A stretch of 64,000 nt of DNA from Adineta vaga. Taxonomy: Eukaryota; Animalia; Rotifera. The notes under the pieces were generated by a model that did not search any database, was not told where the DNA came from, and worked only from the letters and a program-made list of their open reading frames with translations. The stretch lies in the NCBI GenBank assembly GCA_021613535.1, contig CP075492.1:17298001-17362000 (forward strand), in the 5' to 3' direction. Shown piece after piece: positions 49,170 through 61,059 of this stretch; position 1 is the first letter of the stretch, and the number at the start of each line of letters is the position of its first letter. The position numbers and the translations under genes are program-made.

Positions 49170-49530
49170 GTGTCTCACTCACACCGCTCTAGTTCAGCTA
49201 CATTTTTATTAAAATGAACTTTCAATCTTTCTTATTTAATTTTGTTCGATATATTTGTTCACTTTGATATTAAGATAAAATTATACTTTTTTTTCTATTT
49301 ACTGAATACGTTATAAAAGCATACAAGAATGTTCATGCGATTGTTTACTATATAATGTATTATTCCCGTGAAAAAATAATAATAAGATTTCAAATCTGTG
49401 TCACGATCGGATGCTTGCCGATTGCGTGTAGGTGTGTTTTTTTCAATTAATCATACAAATAAACAAACAAAAATTCCTTCATATCAAAGTTCGATTGAGC
49501 TGCGTTCATTTTTCCAATTGATAAGTAGAG

Positions 49531-50137
49531 ATGACGTTTCTATCATTAATCTTTTGCTTGTATTCTTACATTACAATCTGCATTATATGCACACTTCAGC
49601 AAACAATAGGTCGTGAATACAATCAAAAGAGTTATCAAACGAATAGTTCTCCAGTAGATCAATATAATCTCGATTCAAAGTTACTCTGCCTATCACAATG
49701 TACAAATCAAATTTCGACGTGTAGCATCGTTAGTTTTGATCGTTTGGCATCACCTCCTTGTAAGTTATTTCGCGAAGCGTTCGTACATGGAAATCTTGTT
49801 GCATCGGCTAGTGGTTTTGTTGTCGACTTCAATCGTTATTATGCTGATGAAGGTATGTATTTGGAAGTCATATACATATTGTTTGTTGATGTCATTGTAT
49901 TCCTATAACCTTTTGAACAGAGATTCTATACTCAGATTCCTATGAGGACAGTAAACTATTGATGAACCAGCGTACGTGAGTGTTGTACAGCGACAGAGAT
50001 GTCATCGAATAGATCTGCTAATTAGTCAATAACTGTTTTATTAATCTTTTTTTTATAGTAACAACTGCTGTAACTACGACTTGTAAGTAACCGTTTTCCT
50101 TTTTTAGTAGATCATTCAGTAATGAATATTTTAGCCA

Positions 50138-50178
<41 letters not shown>

Positions 50179-50269
50179 ACAACAACAACAACAACAACAG
50201 CAACAACAACAGCAACAGCAACAACAACAGCAACAGCAACAACAACAGCAACAACAACAACAACAACAA

Positions 50270-50304
<35 letters not shown>

Positions 50305-50329
50305 ACAACAACAACAACAACAACAGCAA

Positions 50330-50376
<47 letters not shown>

Positions 50377-51008
50377 ACAACAACAACAGCAACAACAACA
50401 ACAACAGCAACAACAACAACAACAGCAACAACAACAACAACAAGGACGACGACGACTACAGGATTAACTGCTACAGGTTTGAATTCATATTTTGAATTGT
50501 ATAGTCGTAAGAATCTGTATCTTTCATCTTAGGGTCATTATCGCAAAGCGGAGTTCAGCTGGATTTCAATCCAAGTTTGCTACCAAATGGATGGTCACTT
50601 TGTTATAATGCAACATATGCAGACACCATGGGTCAATTTGACATCGACACAATATTGTCCTCGTGTAGCCAAGACAAATTATTACTTGGATGTCGACCAG
50701 TCAACAATGAAAACTTGACTGTAGCAGCAATGGGTAGTCGCAGTGACGTTCTTTATAATTGTAGCGATATAAGCAACTGTACTAATGTAGTTAATGATGT
50801 TGGATGGTATTTTTCTGATTCATATTCATGGGGTTTTGTAAACGGTAGCGACACAGTAATACGAAGTAGTTGTGATACAGAATCAACAAATGCTGCTTAT
50901 CGTTTATGTTGGCATACGGATGGTGTTTCTGGTGGATATAGATGTGGTGCAACCGAGAGTTTGAATTCGGATACAAATTGGGAGAAGGTCATTTATCATT
51001 CAAATTGA
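49531..51008 (+). CDS. Secreted protein: PAN/apple-like domain, Thr/Ala stalk, Cys/Trp-rich C-terminal domain
   Basis: Signal peptide, SKLLCLSQC..CSIVSFD..CKLF, an (ACA/GCA)n exon, and GWSLCY..GWYF..SWGF..RLCWHT..GGYRCG. Several short introns. Confidence 0.75.
50137..50442 (+). repeat. Coding (ACA/GCA)n microsatellite
   Basis: About 100 ACA/GCA triplets encoding T/A. Confidence 0.95.
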
Positions 51009-51193
51009 TTGATACAAACTTCTTTCAATGAATAAGACACAGTTCATCATTTTAATCTTGAAATTTACACCTTAAAGAATTTTTGCACACTCATTTTTCG
51101 ACATTTAATCTTACAATATATTAATACAGCAGACTAAAACTATAATCTAGTTATACACAATATAAAAATGCATATTGATATTTACTGAATCAA

Positions 51194-51280
51194 ATCTTGA
51201 GGATGGGTGGGTGTGGGTGTGGATCAAGAACATAGAATCACTTATATACACATCCCCACCAATAACTACATTTACCCACC
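51194..51280 (+). repeat. Hairpin element E18 between convergent genes
   Basis: ATCTTGAGGATGGGTGGGTGTGGGTGTGG...ACACATCCCCACC..TACCCACC. Confidence 0.85.
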
Positions 51281-51400
51281 TTTTTTCAAAGGATCAATCG
51301 GATGCAGAAATGCTAAATCGTATGTAAGATTATAGTTAATCAAATTATTTATTTATTCATTCATTTGAATTCAGTATTCTACTTAACAAACTATTTATTC

Positions 51401-53082
51401 TCATTGATCTATTGTTGAAAGTACATCATAATTTTGATAATCAAATTTTCTTAATAAAAGATCATAAGTCCATGTAAATCCTGGCCATATTGTAGTATTA
51501 TTTCCTTTTGGATCTTGATACCATGAATGACAACCACCAACTTGCCAAACAGTTTTCTTTAATTTCGATTGTATTTCTTCATTGAATTTATCACTAACAT
51601 TTTCTTTGACAACCATTGCTCGAATCTTCTTCTCTTGCATATAGATCAATGCTTCGAGAATATATTTCAATTGTGCTTCAATCATTACAAGTACTGAATT
51701 GTGTCCAAGACCGGTGTTGGGACCAAGAAGAAGAAACATATTGGGAAATTGAGGTACAGTAACACCACGATAAGCCTTTGGAAAAAAAAAGAATTTCTTC
51801 TATGGAAAAAAAGAAGAATAAAATATACTTGAACAGTTTGTGACCATTGTTTTTCTAGTGATTGACCTTGAATACCAAACATTGGAATATGAAGTGAATG
51901 AACTCGAAATCCTGTTGCCCATACAATAATATCGACTGGATATTCATCTCCATCATAAGTAACAATTGAATGTGATTCGATTTGTTTGATTCTATTGGAA
52001 ACAAGAGTTACATTTGATTGTTGTAATGTTGAATACCAATCACTACTTAATATAACTCGTTTACAACCATAATCTGATGTTGGAAGTAATTTCTTTTGTA
52101 AAATTGGATCTTTAACTTGATAGAAAAAAATAGCTCGAACTAATTTTGGTGCAATAAAACGAAGAGGTAATCGATAGACGAACGAGAGAACAGTCGATTC
52201 AAGTCTCCAATAAAGACAAGCTCGAAGAAATCGTTGAATCAATGGAAATTTCGTAAATAATTTCTTTTCAAATTGTGTTATTGTTCGATTTTCTATAGCA
52301 ATTACCCAAGGTGGTGTTCGTTGAAAAACATACAAATGTGAGATACCAAAATGTTTATGTAATTGAGGAATACATTGTATCGCACTTGAACCTGTACCAA
52401 TAACAGCGACACGTTTTCCTTGAAAATTGATTTTATCATTCCATTCAGCTGTATGACACATTTCACCTTGAAATGATTCAAAACCTTCGATATGTTTTGG
52501 ATACGATGCATTTGATAAGATTCCATAAGCACCAATCAGAAAACGTGCATAATATGATTTCTTATCCACGGTCGTTACTCGCCATAATTGACGATCATCA
52601 AGCCAATCACATTGAATAACTGTTGTATTAAATTGAATATGTGAACGAAGTTGATATTTATCTGTACATTTTTCTAAATATTCCCAAAGTTCATTTTGTC
52701 GACTATATTGATGACTCCATTTTGGATTGATTTCAAATGAATAAGAATAAAGATTTGATGGAACATCAACTTGACAACCTGGATATCGATTTGCATACCA
52801 TGTACCACCAACATGTGAATGACGTTCGAGAATAAGAAATTTATGCATATTCATTTCTTTGAATTTAATACCCATACCTAAACCGGAAAAACCTGCACCA
52901 ATAATAATTGCATAATGTTCATCTTCATTCTCATTTTTCGATTGAAATTTGAAATTTTTATTTTTATCAAATAAATCGAAAATAAACCAATGGAAAATAT
53001 AACCAATAAGACCAAGTATTACTGAAATAGTCCATGTTAAATAACTGATGAATATCAACATTCGAAATTGCCATTTCGACAT
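51401..53082 (-). CDS. Baeyer-Villiger monooxygenase (class B flavoprotein)
   Basis: GAGFSG, GGTWYANRYPG, FQGEMCHTAEW (FxGxxxHxxxW), GTGSS and ATGF. One intron at about 51777-51829 and an N-terminal TM segment. Confidence 0.92.
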
Positions 53083-53626
53083 GACCACTCTCTACGAAGC
53101 AAATAAATTCAAATGAAGATAAAGAACAACGATTCATGTCACATGTTATTCTTTTATTGATATTTGTTATCTATAACCGAATATCGGCCTCTTTCTTGTC
53201 GATAGACGTATTTATACAATACACACTATGATTAATCATCACACGATAAAATAAAGTATTGAATATTTTTATTTTGATAAAAAAAACATTAAAACGTCTA
53301 ATTTAAAAGCGCAATTTTAAACTTTTCTTGTGAAATAAAAGCACTTTTTATCGTTAAGGATAAAAAGAAAATATTTGTTCAATGGATGTCTAATTCTAAA
53401 CAATGGACTTTATTTGATTCACATGAGTCAATAGTCAAACAGCACTAGTAAATTACAAAGTATTTTGTAAGAAATAAAATAAAAAAATGAATTCTGATGT
53501 TCTTTTACCTATTTTAAAATAAAAATCTATTGGTAATTTCTAAGAAGACAAGATCTTATAAAATATTCTTTCGTTTCTTATTTTGTATAGTTTTAATCAT
53601 AAGCTGTATGCTCTATAGATTTCAAT

Positions 53627-54253
53627 ATGACTTTCAACCCGTCTAAATTAATGAATATTACTAAGAATAATGAAATGGATAATCATAATCAAATACTTTC
53701 TAACATGACAAGATATGGTTTATTACTATCATTAATCATTCCATCTATTCTTGCTTATCTACTATCTTTCGCTTGTATGATTTCAAACAAAACTCTTCGT
53801 TCAGCTCCAAATAATTATTTGGTTCTTATTATTTTATTCATTTTTTTTATTATAGTTTTATTTGATATTCCACTCGTCACAGATTCATATGCATCATATC
53901 CACTTGTCAAGCAGACTAATTCACTCTGCTTAGCTTGGACATTTGTCGAAACGAGTTTTTTCTATGCAATCAATCTTTTATTTGTTTGGGTTTCATTTGA
54001 ACGACATCTTCTCATTTTCAATGCTAATATATTCAATAATAAATGGTGAAATCTTTATTTTCATAACATGCCACCAATCATTATTATTGTTTATATATTT
54101 ATATTTTATATGTATGCTGTACTCATTTATCCATGTGAAAATTTAGTAGATCTTGAAAATAATATCTGTAATATACCTTGTTATTTGTATGATTCACTTA
54201 TTGGTATATGGGAATTAGCTGTTCATGTTATGATGACACTTCCGTATGGATAG
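53627..54253 (+). pseudogene. Truncated GPCR
   Basis: WVSFERH motif and in-frame TGA at 54047-54049; similarity ends abruptly in TM5 at about 54235. Confidence 0.8.
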
Positions 54254-56000
54254 GGAAGGTGGTTGAAATTTGACTCAATTTCGATTAATTCATTCGATTG
54301 AAATTTAGAGTATTTATCTATTACTGCGTTTTTGTACTGTTTGGATTGTATTACAGAGAAGTGAGAGCGATTCAAGAGTAAGATACTCACCTCGACAGAG
54401 TGTTCATTGGATTATCATGCTGTATCATGGATGGATGTTTATTCAAGGTAGATGGGAATTCTGTAAGAAAACGGGTAGATTTGAAATCCTACATAATATC
54501 AGTTGTTCTGTCTCATATATGCATATCGGGATATGTGGTCGTGATAGATGAAAAATTTCAAGTACAACGCTCTCTACATCTCCTTTCGTTCACTGAAATG
54601 TGAAGTTTTCAGTCTGGAAGGTTCTAGACTACTATCGGGTACGTCCGCTAGTATATATGTATATAAGAAATAAAATTATTCGTTTTGCAGTCGATCATCA
54701 ACGTCCCTACGGTCTCTCACTCCCAACTGCTCAAATGATAGAATCACATATATGACCGCATGGAGTTGTACACGCTCTCCTCTTTAACTACGCGTCGATT
54801 ATTTACAGACAAATATTTCTAACTGGGCCCGTAAACACAACGAATAGCAATCTGATTAATCGATTTCATGTGTCTCAAATATTATTGGTCAATTTTATCC
54901 TTTAGAGGAAAATATTTTTTGGCCCTTGATCCTTAACCCTTCATCAATGCTCCAACCCCATTATCCAAACATCATCCTAACCTTGATTTCCGATGTTTAA
55001 GATCCTTTTAAAAAGAATGTTTTTTTTTTAACCCTGACACAGACAGATACACAAACGCTTTTTTTCATATGACCCTCCTTTCAGTCGAGGGAATATCCTG
55101 TGTCCTTTATTCGATTTGTAATAAATAATAACTTTGTAAGTGATTATTCATGTTAATACACTAGTAGCGCTCGTCGAGGCAGACTCGCTTAACCCTCGAC
55201 TGAATGACTAACAGTAAACGTTTTCTCTTGCTGAAGTTATTCATAATAATTTGAATTTGACTACTATGTACTCGTCATAGTCCTTTTTTAGCTTATAATC
55301 TTGAAAGTCATGTCGTAGGTATTTCAAAAAAAAGTTTCTAATTCAAATTACGCTTGAGATCATCTGTTCCAGAACTTCCGTAATCAATTGTATAACAAAA
55401 ATTTATTTATTGCAGTACAGTCGAATATATATATAACAGACGACGAACGAGAGAAATTAGTTCATTTTTACAAAAGAATGGATTTTTAATCATTTATGTT
55501 TGGACTAGTTAAGGACGCTAGGACGCTGCTTCTATAGAGGAAGTGTAGAAACTGGCCAAGAACATACATTTATTTCGAAATTACAAACAGTTATTGGTTT
55601 GTTATTTGCCCTAATCCCTTCCAAACGATGTTTTATGAAGTTTTGAGCATTTTCAAAAAGAATGTTTTTTTGACCTTTGACCCTGACACAAACATACAAA
55701 CTATTTTTTCCATATAACCCTCCTTTCAGTCGAGGGAATATTGAATCATGATTGAAAAAAACTGAAATATTCTCTAACATTCATGGTCATGAGCGAGCCG
55801 GCGAAAAAATTCACGAATTCAATCAAATTATTTCAGATCCATATAGAATATTTCTTATCCTCGTTTCAGAAATATACTTTTAAGTATGTATCTATATAAA
55901 ATGTCGTTTCGACTTTGCACTTTAGAAATATCTTGTGGGAAATATCCTCGAGAAAATGACTCCTTATGTCATGAAAATATTCTTTATATTTTAATTTAAC
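54235..56000. mobile_element. Probable transposon remnant(s) truncating the GPCR
   Basis: Non-coding, with a direct repeat of about 85 bp (55010-55097 vs 55655-55741, ending ACCCTCCTTTCAGTCGAGGGAATAT) and an inverted core CCCTCGACTGAA at about 55193. Boundaries are uncertain. Confidence 0.4.
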
Positions 56001-56161
56001 GTACTGATTAGTATTTGAACGATGTGCATCCACCTTTTCAAAATTTTACTCTGTTAAAAAAATGATTTGATTTTCGAAATTTAACAATAGCACGAAGAAA
56101 ATAAAGAAGCATAAAATTTTCTCGAGTATATTATATAAATTTAGATTTTAGCAAAATTTCA

Positions 56162-56373
56162 ATGAAAACAAGAAAAATATCAAAATAAGTGAAAATAATA
56201 AAGAGAAACGATTCATTTTGAACGTTTCGTTGACCAAGTCAATATCATCAGCACCATCTCCACGACCAGTTACTTTATTTGAAGCTAATTTAACTCACTT
56301 TGTAGGCAAAACGTTCAAAATTATTCGTTTCTCTTTATTATTTTCACTTATTTTGATATTTTTCTTATTTTCA
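56162..56373. repeat. Long inverted repeat (arms about 65 bp, spacer about 80 bp)
   Basis: ATGAAAACAAGAAAAATATCAAAATAAGTGAAAATAATAAAGAGAAACGA..TTTTGAACGTTT matches its reverse complement at about 56308-56373. Confidence 0.85.
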
Positions 56374-57031
56374 TCGAATATAGTATTTGACAATGATGAA
56401 AAAGTCCTGAGATTTTACATCTATATGTTAAGATATCATTAATGACTTTAATAAATAATAGAAAAATGTCGATATGATTATCATCATTCACCTGTGGACT
56501 ACTGTGAAAACAGATGAAAAGATATCTTTTAATGTAGTAGATTGTTTTATAGAACATACAGTAAATTGAGAAACGAATTCAAGACTATAGAGATAAAAGA
56601 TTTTTCGATTTCGTTCACCGATATAGTAATTAAATAATGTATATTTTGCAAATAATAATATACATTGATATGATATATAGTATCATCGAGTATTATTTCA
56701 ATTAATTTTAGTACGGTTTTTCTGAACATACTATATTATCTATTCAAATTTCATCAAAAGGATGATAGAAAGAAAAAAAATAATGAAAGTAATTTCGCCT
56801 GAAGATTTTTTATGTCAAATTATTAAGAATACAAAATATTTTTTTTTAGTATCGATGGTACGAGCATCTTTAATTAAAATAAGATATTTATTATGTAAAT
56901 AACGCATTAGTGATTATAATATATAAACTAAGTTTGCAAACGCAACGCGTCATTTCTCGTCGATTATAATCGCTAATAACATATCATCGTGAGCTATATA
57001 CAAGATTTTTCTCTTTCAAATTCAAATAATT

Positions 57032-58012
57032 ATGTCTTTAATAACATTATTAAATCTTATTCAAACAAATTTCTTTCGATTTGGTGGTCCATTCTTAATT
57101 ATTATTGGTACAATTAGCTGTACATTCAATCTTATCATATTTATGAAAGCTACTCTTAGAAAAAATCCCTGTTCAATTTATTTCATTGCTGTCACCATTT
57201 CAAATTTCCTACTTATATATTTACATTTCTTTCCTCTTGTAACTCAAGTTGGATACAATTACGATCCAACAGCAGTTTATATTGTTTATTGTCGTATTCG
57301 ATTATATGCTGCGTATGTTTTTAGTTCTTTGGGGCCATTCTTTTTAATTCTTGCATCAATCGATCGAACATTAATAACTTCAAGAAATGCTGTGATACGA
57401 AGACGTAGTACATGTCGTTTGGCTATAACATGTATCATTGCTTTAACACTCTTTTTCATGATATTCCATATTCATGCATTTATCTATGTAGAAATTATAC
57501 AAATTGGACCAGATTTATTTCTCTGTTATTATCAACCTGGAAACTATTCAGTTTTTGTCAGTTATTGTTCACTTGTCTTCAATGGAACGATGATACCTCT
57601 ATTGATGATCGTATTTGGATTTTGGACAATCAGAAATGTCGGTAAAATACAAAGTAACGTGAATCCTGTTGTTTTATCGATGAGTATATCGACAACAATG
57701 CCTAGAAGACAAATTATTGAATCGAAGGATCGTCAATTAATTAAAATGTTACTCGTTAACATTAGTGCCTATATTATCCTTCGATTTCCATTTGTCATGT
57801 ATATTCTTTACCAACAAATTACTCAATATCAATCAAAATCAAGTGATCAACTAGCGATAGATTACTTTGTCTTAAACATCACTTATTTTCTTTTCATGGT
57901 TGTGTCGACCATTGATTGTTATATAAATCTATTAGTTTCGAAAACATTTCGTTCCCAATTAAAAGATACCTTTTTAAATTGTCAAATGTTTCATTTTGTT
58001 CGACCGAACTAA
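57032..58012 (+). CDS. Rhodopsin-like GPCR, paralog of 22036-22974
   Basis: FRFGGP, LRKNPC, LASIDRT, CYYQPG, SKDRQLI and LVSKTFR are shared with 22036-22974. Confidence 0.9.
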   Translation: MSLITLLNLIQTNFFRFGGPFLIIIGTISCTFNLIIFMKATLRKNPCSIYFIAVTISNFLLIYLHFFPLVTQVGYNYDPTAVYIVYCRIRLYAAYVFSSLGPFFLILASIDRTLITSRNAVIRRRSTCRLAITCIIALTLFFMIFHIHAFIYVEIIQIGPDLFLCYYQPGNYSVFVSYCSLVFNGTMIPLLMIVFGFWTIRNVGKIQSNVNPVVLSMSISTTMPRRQIIESKDRQLIKMLLVNISAYIILRFPFVMYILYQQITQYQSKSSDQLAIDYFVLNITYFLFMVVSTIDCYINLLVSKTFRSQLKDTFLNCQMFHFVRPN

Positions 58013-58314
58013 AAATGAAAAAGTCAATGACTTGATTTTTTTTAATATTATCATTCTAAATGTATTTTTGTTGTTCGTTAATTCTGTTTTCTATTTAATA
58101 TTGTTTATAAATTTTTATGAGATAAATAAAGTTAATCATGCAACACAGTACTGACAATTTTAAACATTCGATTTACAACAATAATGTCAAGTTTGGAGTG
58201 TTCGCATTACCCATTGGTACTGAGTAAGATTCGAATCTAACTGAATAAATAGTTTGCTTGCAGAATATGCTGCAGTAGATTATCAAACAAACAAAATTCA
58301 GTTTCATTGATAAA

Positions 58315-58388
58315 CCTTCTTGAAGGCGTGGATGTGCGTGGAATTGACGAATAAATATACCAATCACACATGTACCCACACCCACCCT
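58315..58388 (+). repeat. Hairpin element E19 between convergent GPCRs
   Basis: CCTTCTTGAAGGCGTGGATGTGCGTGG..ATTG...CAATCACACATGTACCCACACCCACCCT. Confidence 0.85.
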
Positions 58389-58666
58389 AATATTTGAAAT
58401 CTATGTAAAAAAAATACATGTTTTTTTGTTCTTTTCGGTTGAAAGTACTCAGCCTCAATCACGAATAACACAAAGATATTATTAGACATCTGCATACTAA
58501 CTCAAATACGGTTACTTAAAGGCGCTAGAATCAAACGTCGTGTGACTTCTGACAAGATGTGACATATGTAGATAGAATATTATTATTATTTTTCATCATT
58601 CCGGCAAACATCATTTATATGTTACAGATAATATGTGGGTAGAACATCAAAGGATTTTCTAGGCGC

Positions 58667-59696
58667 TTAATCCGTATTGGCTTGATTTTCAGTATGAATT
58701 GGAATAATTCGATTTTGTTGACATTTATTCGCAAGCAGGTCATATAAAACATACTTTGCTTGTCGACGAAATCTTTTCGAAACACACATATAAGTATAAA
58801 ATGAATTCTAAAGAAAAGCAAAATAAAAATCGGATGAGAAAAAAATAAAGAGTTCTTACGCCATTGCTTAGAAAACTTAATGTAAATGTAATGGCACTGG
58901 CTAAACTCAATTGAGCAAGAAACACTGGATTACGATTGGTATTTAATGTTGAAATGACATATATTATTGAATATGGCATATAAGTACAAACATAAACACA
59001 AATTTCCACAAGGACCATTGTTGTTAATTGTTTATCTAATTCACGTCGAATAAGTGGATTTGCTCGTGTTGCTAAACTTCGTGCATTTCGAAATGCTAAT
59101 AAACCAAAAATAACAGCAATTAATGGGAAAAGATTTCCATACACTATTGTATAAACATAAGCATGATATTGATTGAATTGTAAATTTGATGAAGAACAAA
59201 TTGATGGATTTATTATTGATAATTGATCGAGATAGATGTAATAAATAGTTGCATGACAAAACCAAATTACTATGGTTATTAAGATTAGACGATAAGCGAT
59301 TCGAATGTTGGACCATCGTTGCCATTGAGGACGAGAACATGTTGCGAAATATTGATCAATTACCGATAAACATAAACATGTTAAAGCTGATAAATAACAT
59401 GTTGCAGAAAGAAAACTTCGTATTTGACAATAAAAAACTATAGTCGATGTAAAATTAACTGGAAATGCCATGGATATAGCAATAAATGATGTACTGAATA
59501 TTAATCGAATGAAATTAAACAATGCCATAAACATTAAATAAAATGAACAAGAACTTTCTCGAAATGTTTTTAAACTAAGAAAAACTAGAAGACTAAAGAA
59601 TTCACTTAGAATAGCTATGAAACATATTGGAATTGAGACATAAAGACCAATTTTTGATCGTGTAGAAGCAAGTGAAGCGATGTAAGCGGTATCCAT
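58667..59696 (-). CDS. Rhodopsin-like GPCR
   Basis: SLKTFRESSC, VIDQY and RRELDKQLTTM. Intron 58808-58859 gives the C-terminus NSFYTYMCVSKRFR with stop at 58667-58669. Confidence 0.88.
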
Positions 59697-61059
59697 TTTT
59701 AATATTTCATAAGAAAAAGAAAAAGTTAATGATAAGATTCTCTCTTTTTTACTTTAGATTTTAATGACGTTGGCTTCTGTTTCGAAGATACGCAAAGCGA
59801 TTATCATGTTTTCTCTTTGTAATTAGTAGAGAACAATTATAGAACATATTTTAACGATAAAAATTAAGTTTATTTGTTCGTTATCTATTATACGGAAGAG
59901 CGTTTTTTCCTGATTACTAAAAGGAATGGATTTATAGAAGTAAATGAAGATAATTCGTATGTATTAATGGATTAATAGTATCGTTTAATGACAAACAAAT
60001 TGTTTTTATCAACACTAAAAGGAAAAAAAAACTTTTTCTTCTCTTTTTAAACGCTAATAGAATCAATTGAATAAAGAAACAAAGTTGTTCACAGAAGAGA
60101 AGGATGATTATCTTGTCTCTTATTCTTATAATTACACACTCATTCTGTATATTCATCTTTAAGATTAAAAAGCATGTCAGAAAGCGAGTTTTCCTATATT
60201 GAAAAAACACGTTTATATAATAGAACAAGTTATTGAAACCAGATTTGTGTGTTCAGGAATAAGAAGAACATAGGCAGGAAGTGAATAAGCGACTTTTCGC
60301 ATAAAATCAGTTATAATGATAAACCTGAGCTACACAATCAATAAGTAGCTATCTCTGATCTTCGATGAGGTTAGCTTCATTTGAATTAAAAACACGAAAA
60401 CTATGAACAAATGTCGAAGAACAAACACAGTCTATGATTAAGTCATTCTGCATAAGAATCCTATCTTCAAATTGAAACCGACTACTTTTCTAACAAAGAA
60501 CATTATCATTCCGTCAATTAACATTTGGGTGATATTCTTGCTAGTCATTAACGATTGTACGAAACGTTGAAAGAAATTAGAGGGTAATGTAAGTATTTGC
60601 TCGATAATTTATTGACTCTCATCATTTATAAACCGAATTTTACAATTGAAAATGAAGTAAATCTTTTCTGTATTCTTCAATTTTAATACTAATGACGTTT
60701 TTCGATGGAAAAAGTGTTCAAGCAGTTGTGCTTTTCACCATACAGATGATAGAGATGCCTATACTCCGTAAAAATGCAGAGAAAAACAAGGCTATTTTTG
60801 AAAAAAAATGAAGAAGAAATCTTTCTTTCTAAGTCACTAAGTACTTGCATAGATGGATAATTATACATGGTATCTATGACGATTATTATTATAGGATAAC
60901 AGTAGGAAAGGTATTGTCTCATCCACATCCGATGAGTGTATTGTTGATCGATAGTCTTTTGTTTCAATAAAATTATAAAAAAACGAAAAAGAAAAATAAG
61001 TAGTGGACATTTTTTCATCAACTCAATGATTTTATTGGCATCTGTTATCATTCGATTTA

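Noticed and set aside
49171-49190. CTCACTCACACC just after a stop codon as a possible half-site (E17)
   Set aside because: Weak match with no G-rich arm.
50018-50443. Poly-Leu ORF on the minus strand
   Set aside because: It is the antisense reading of the ACA/GCA coding repeat.
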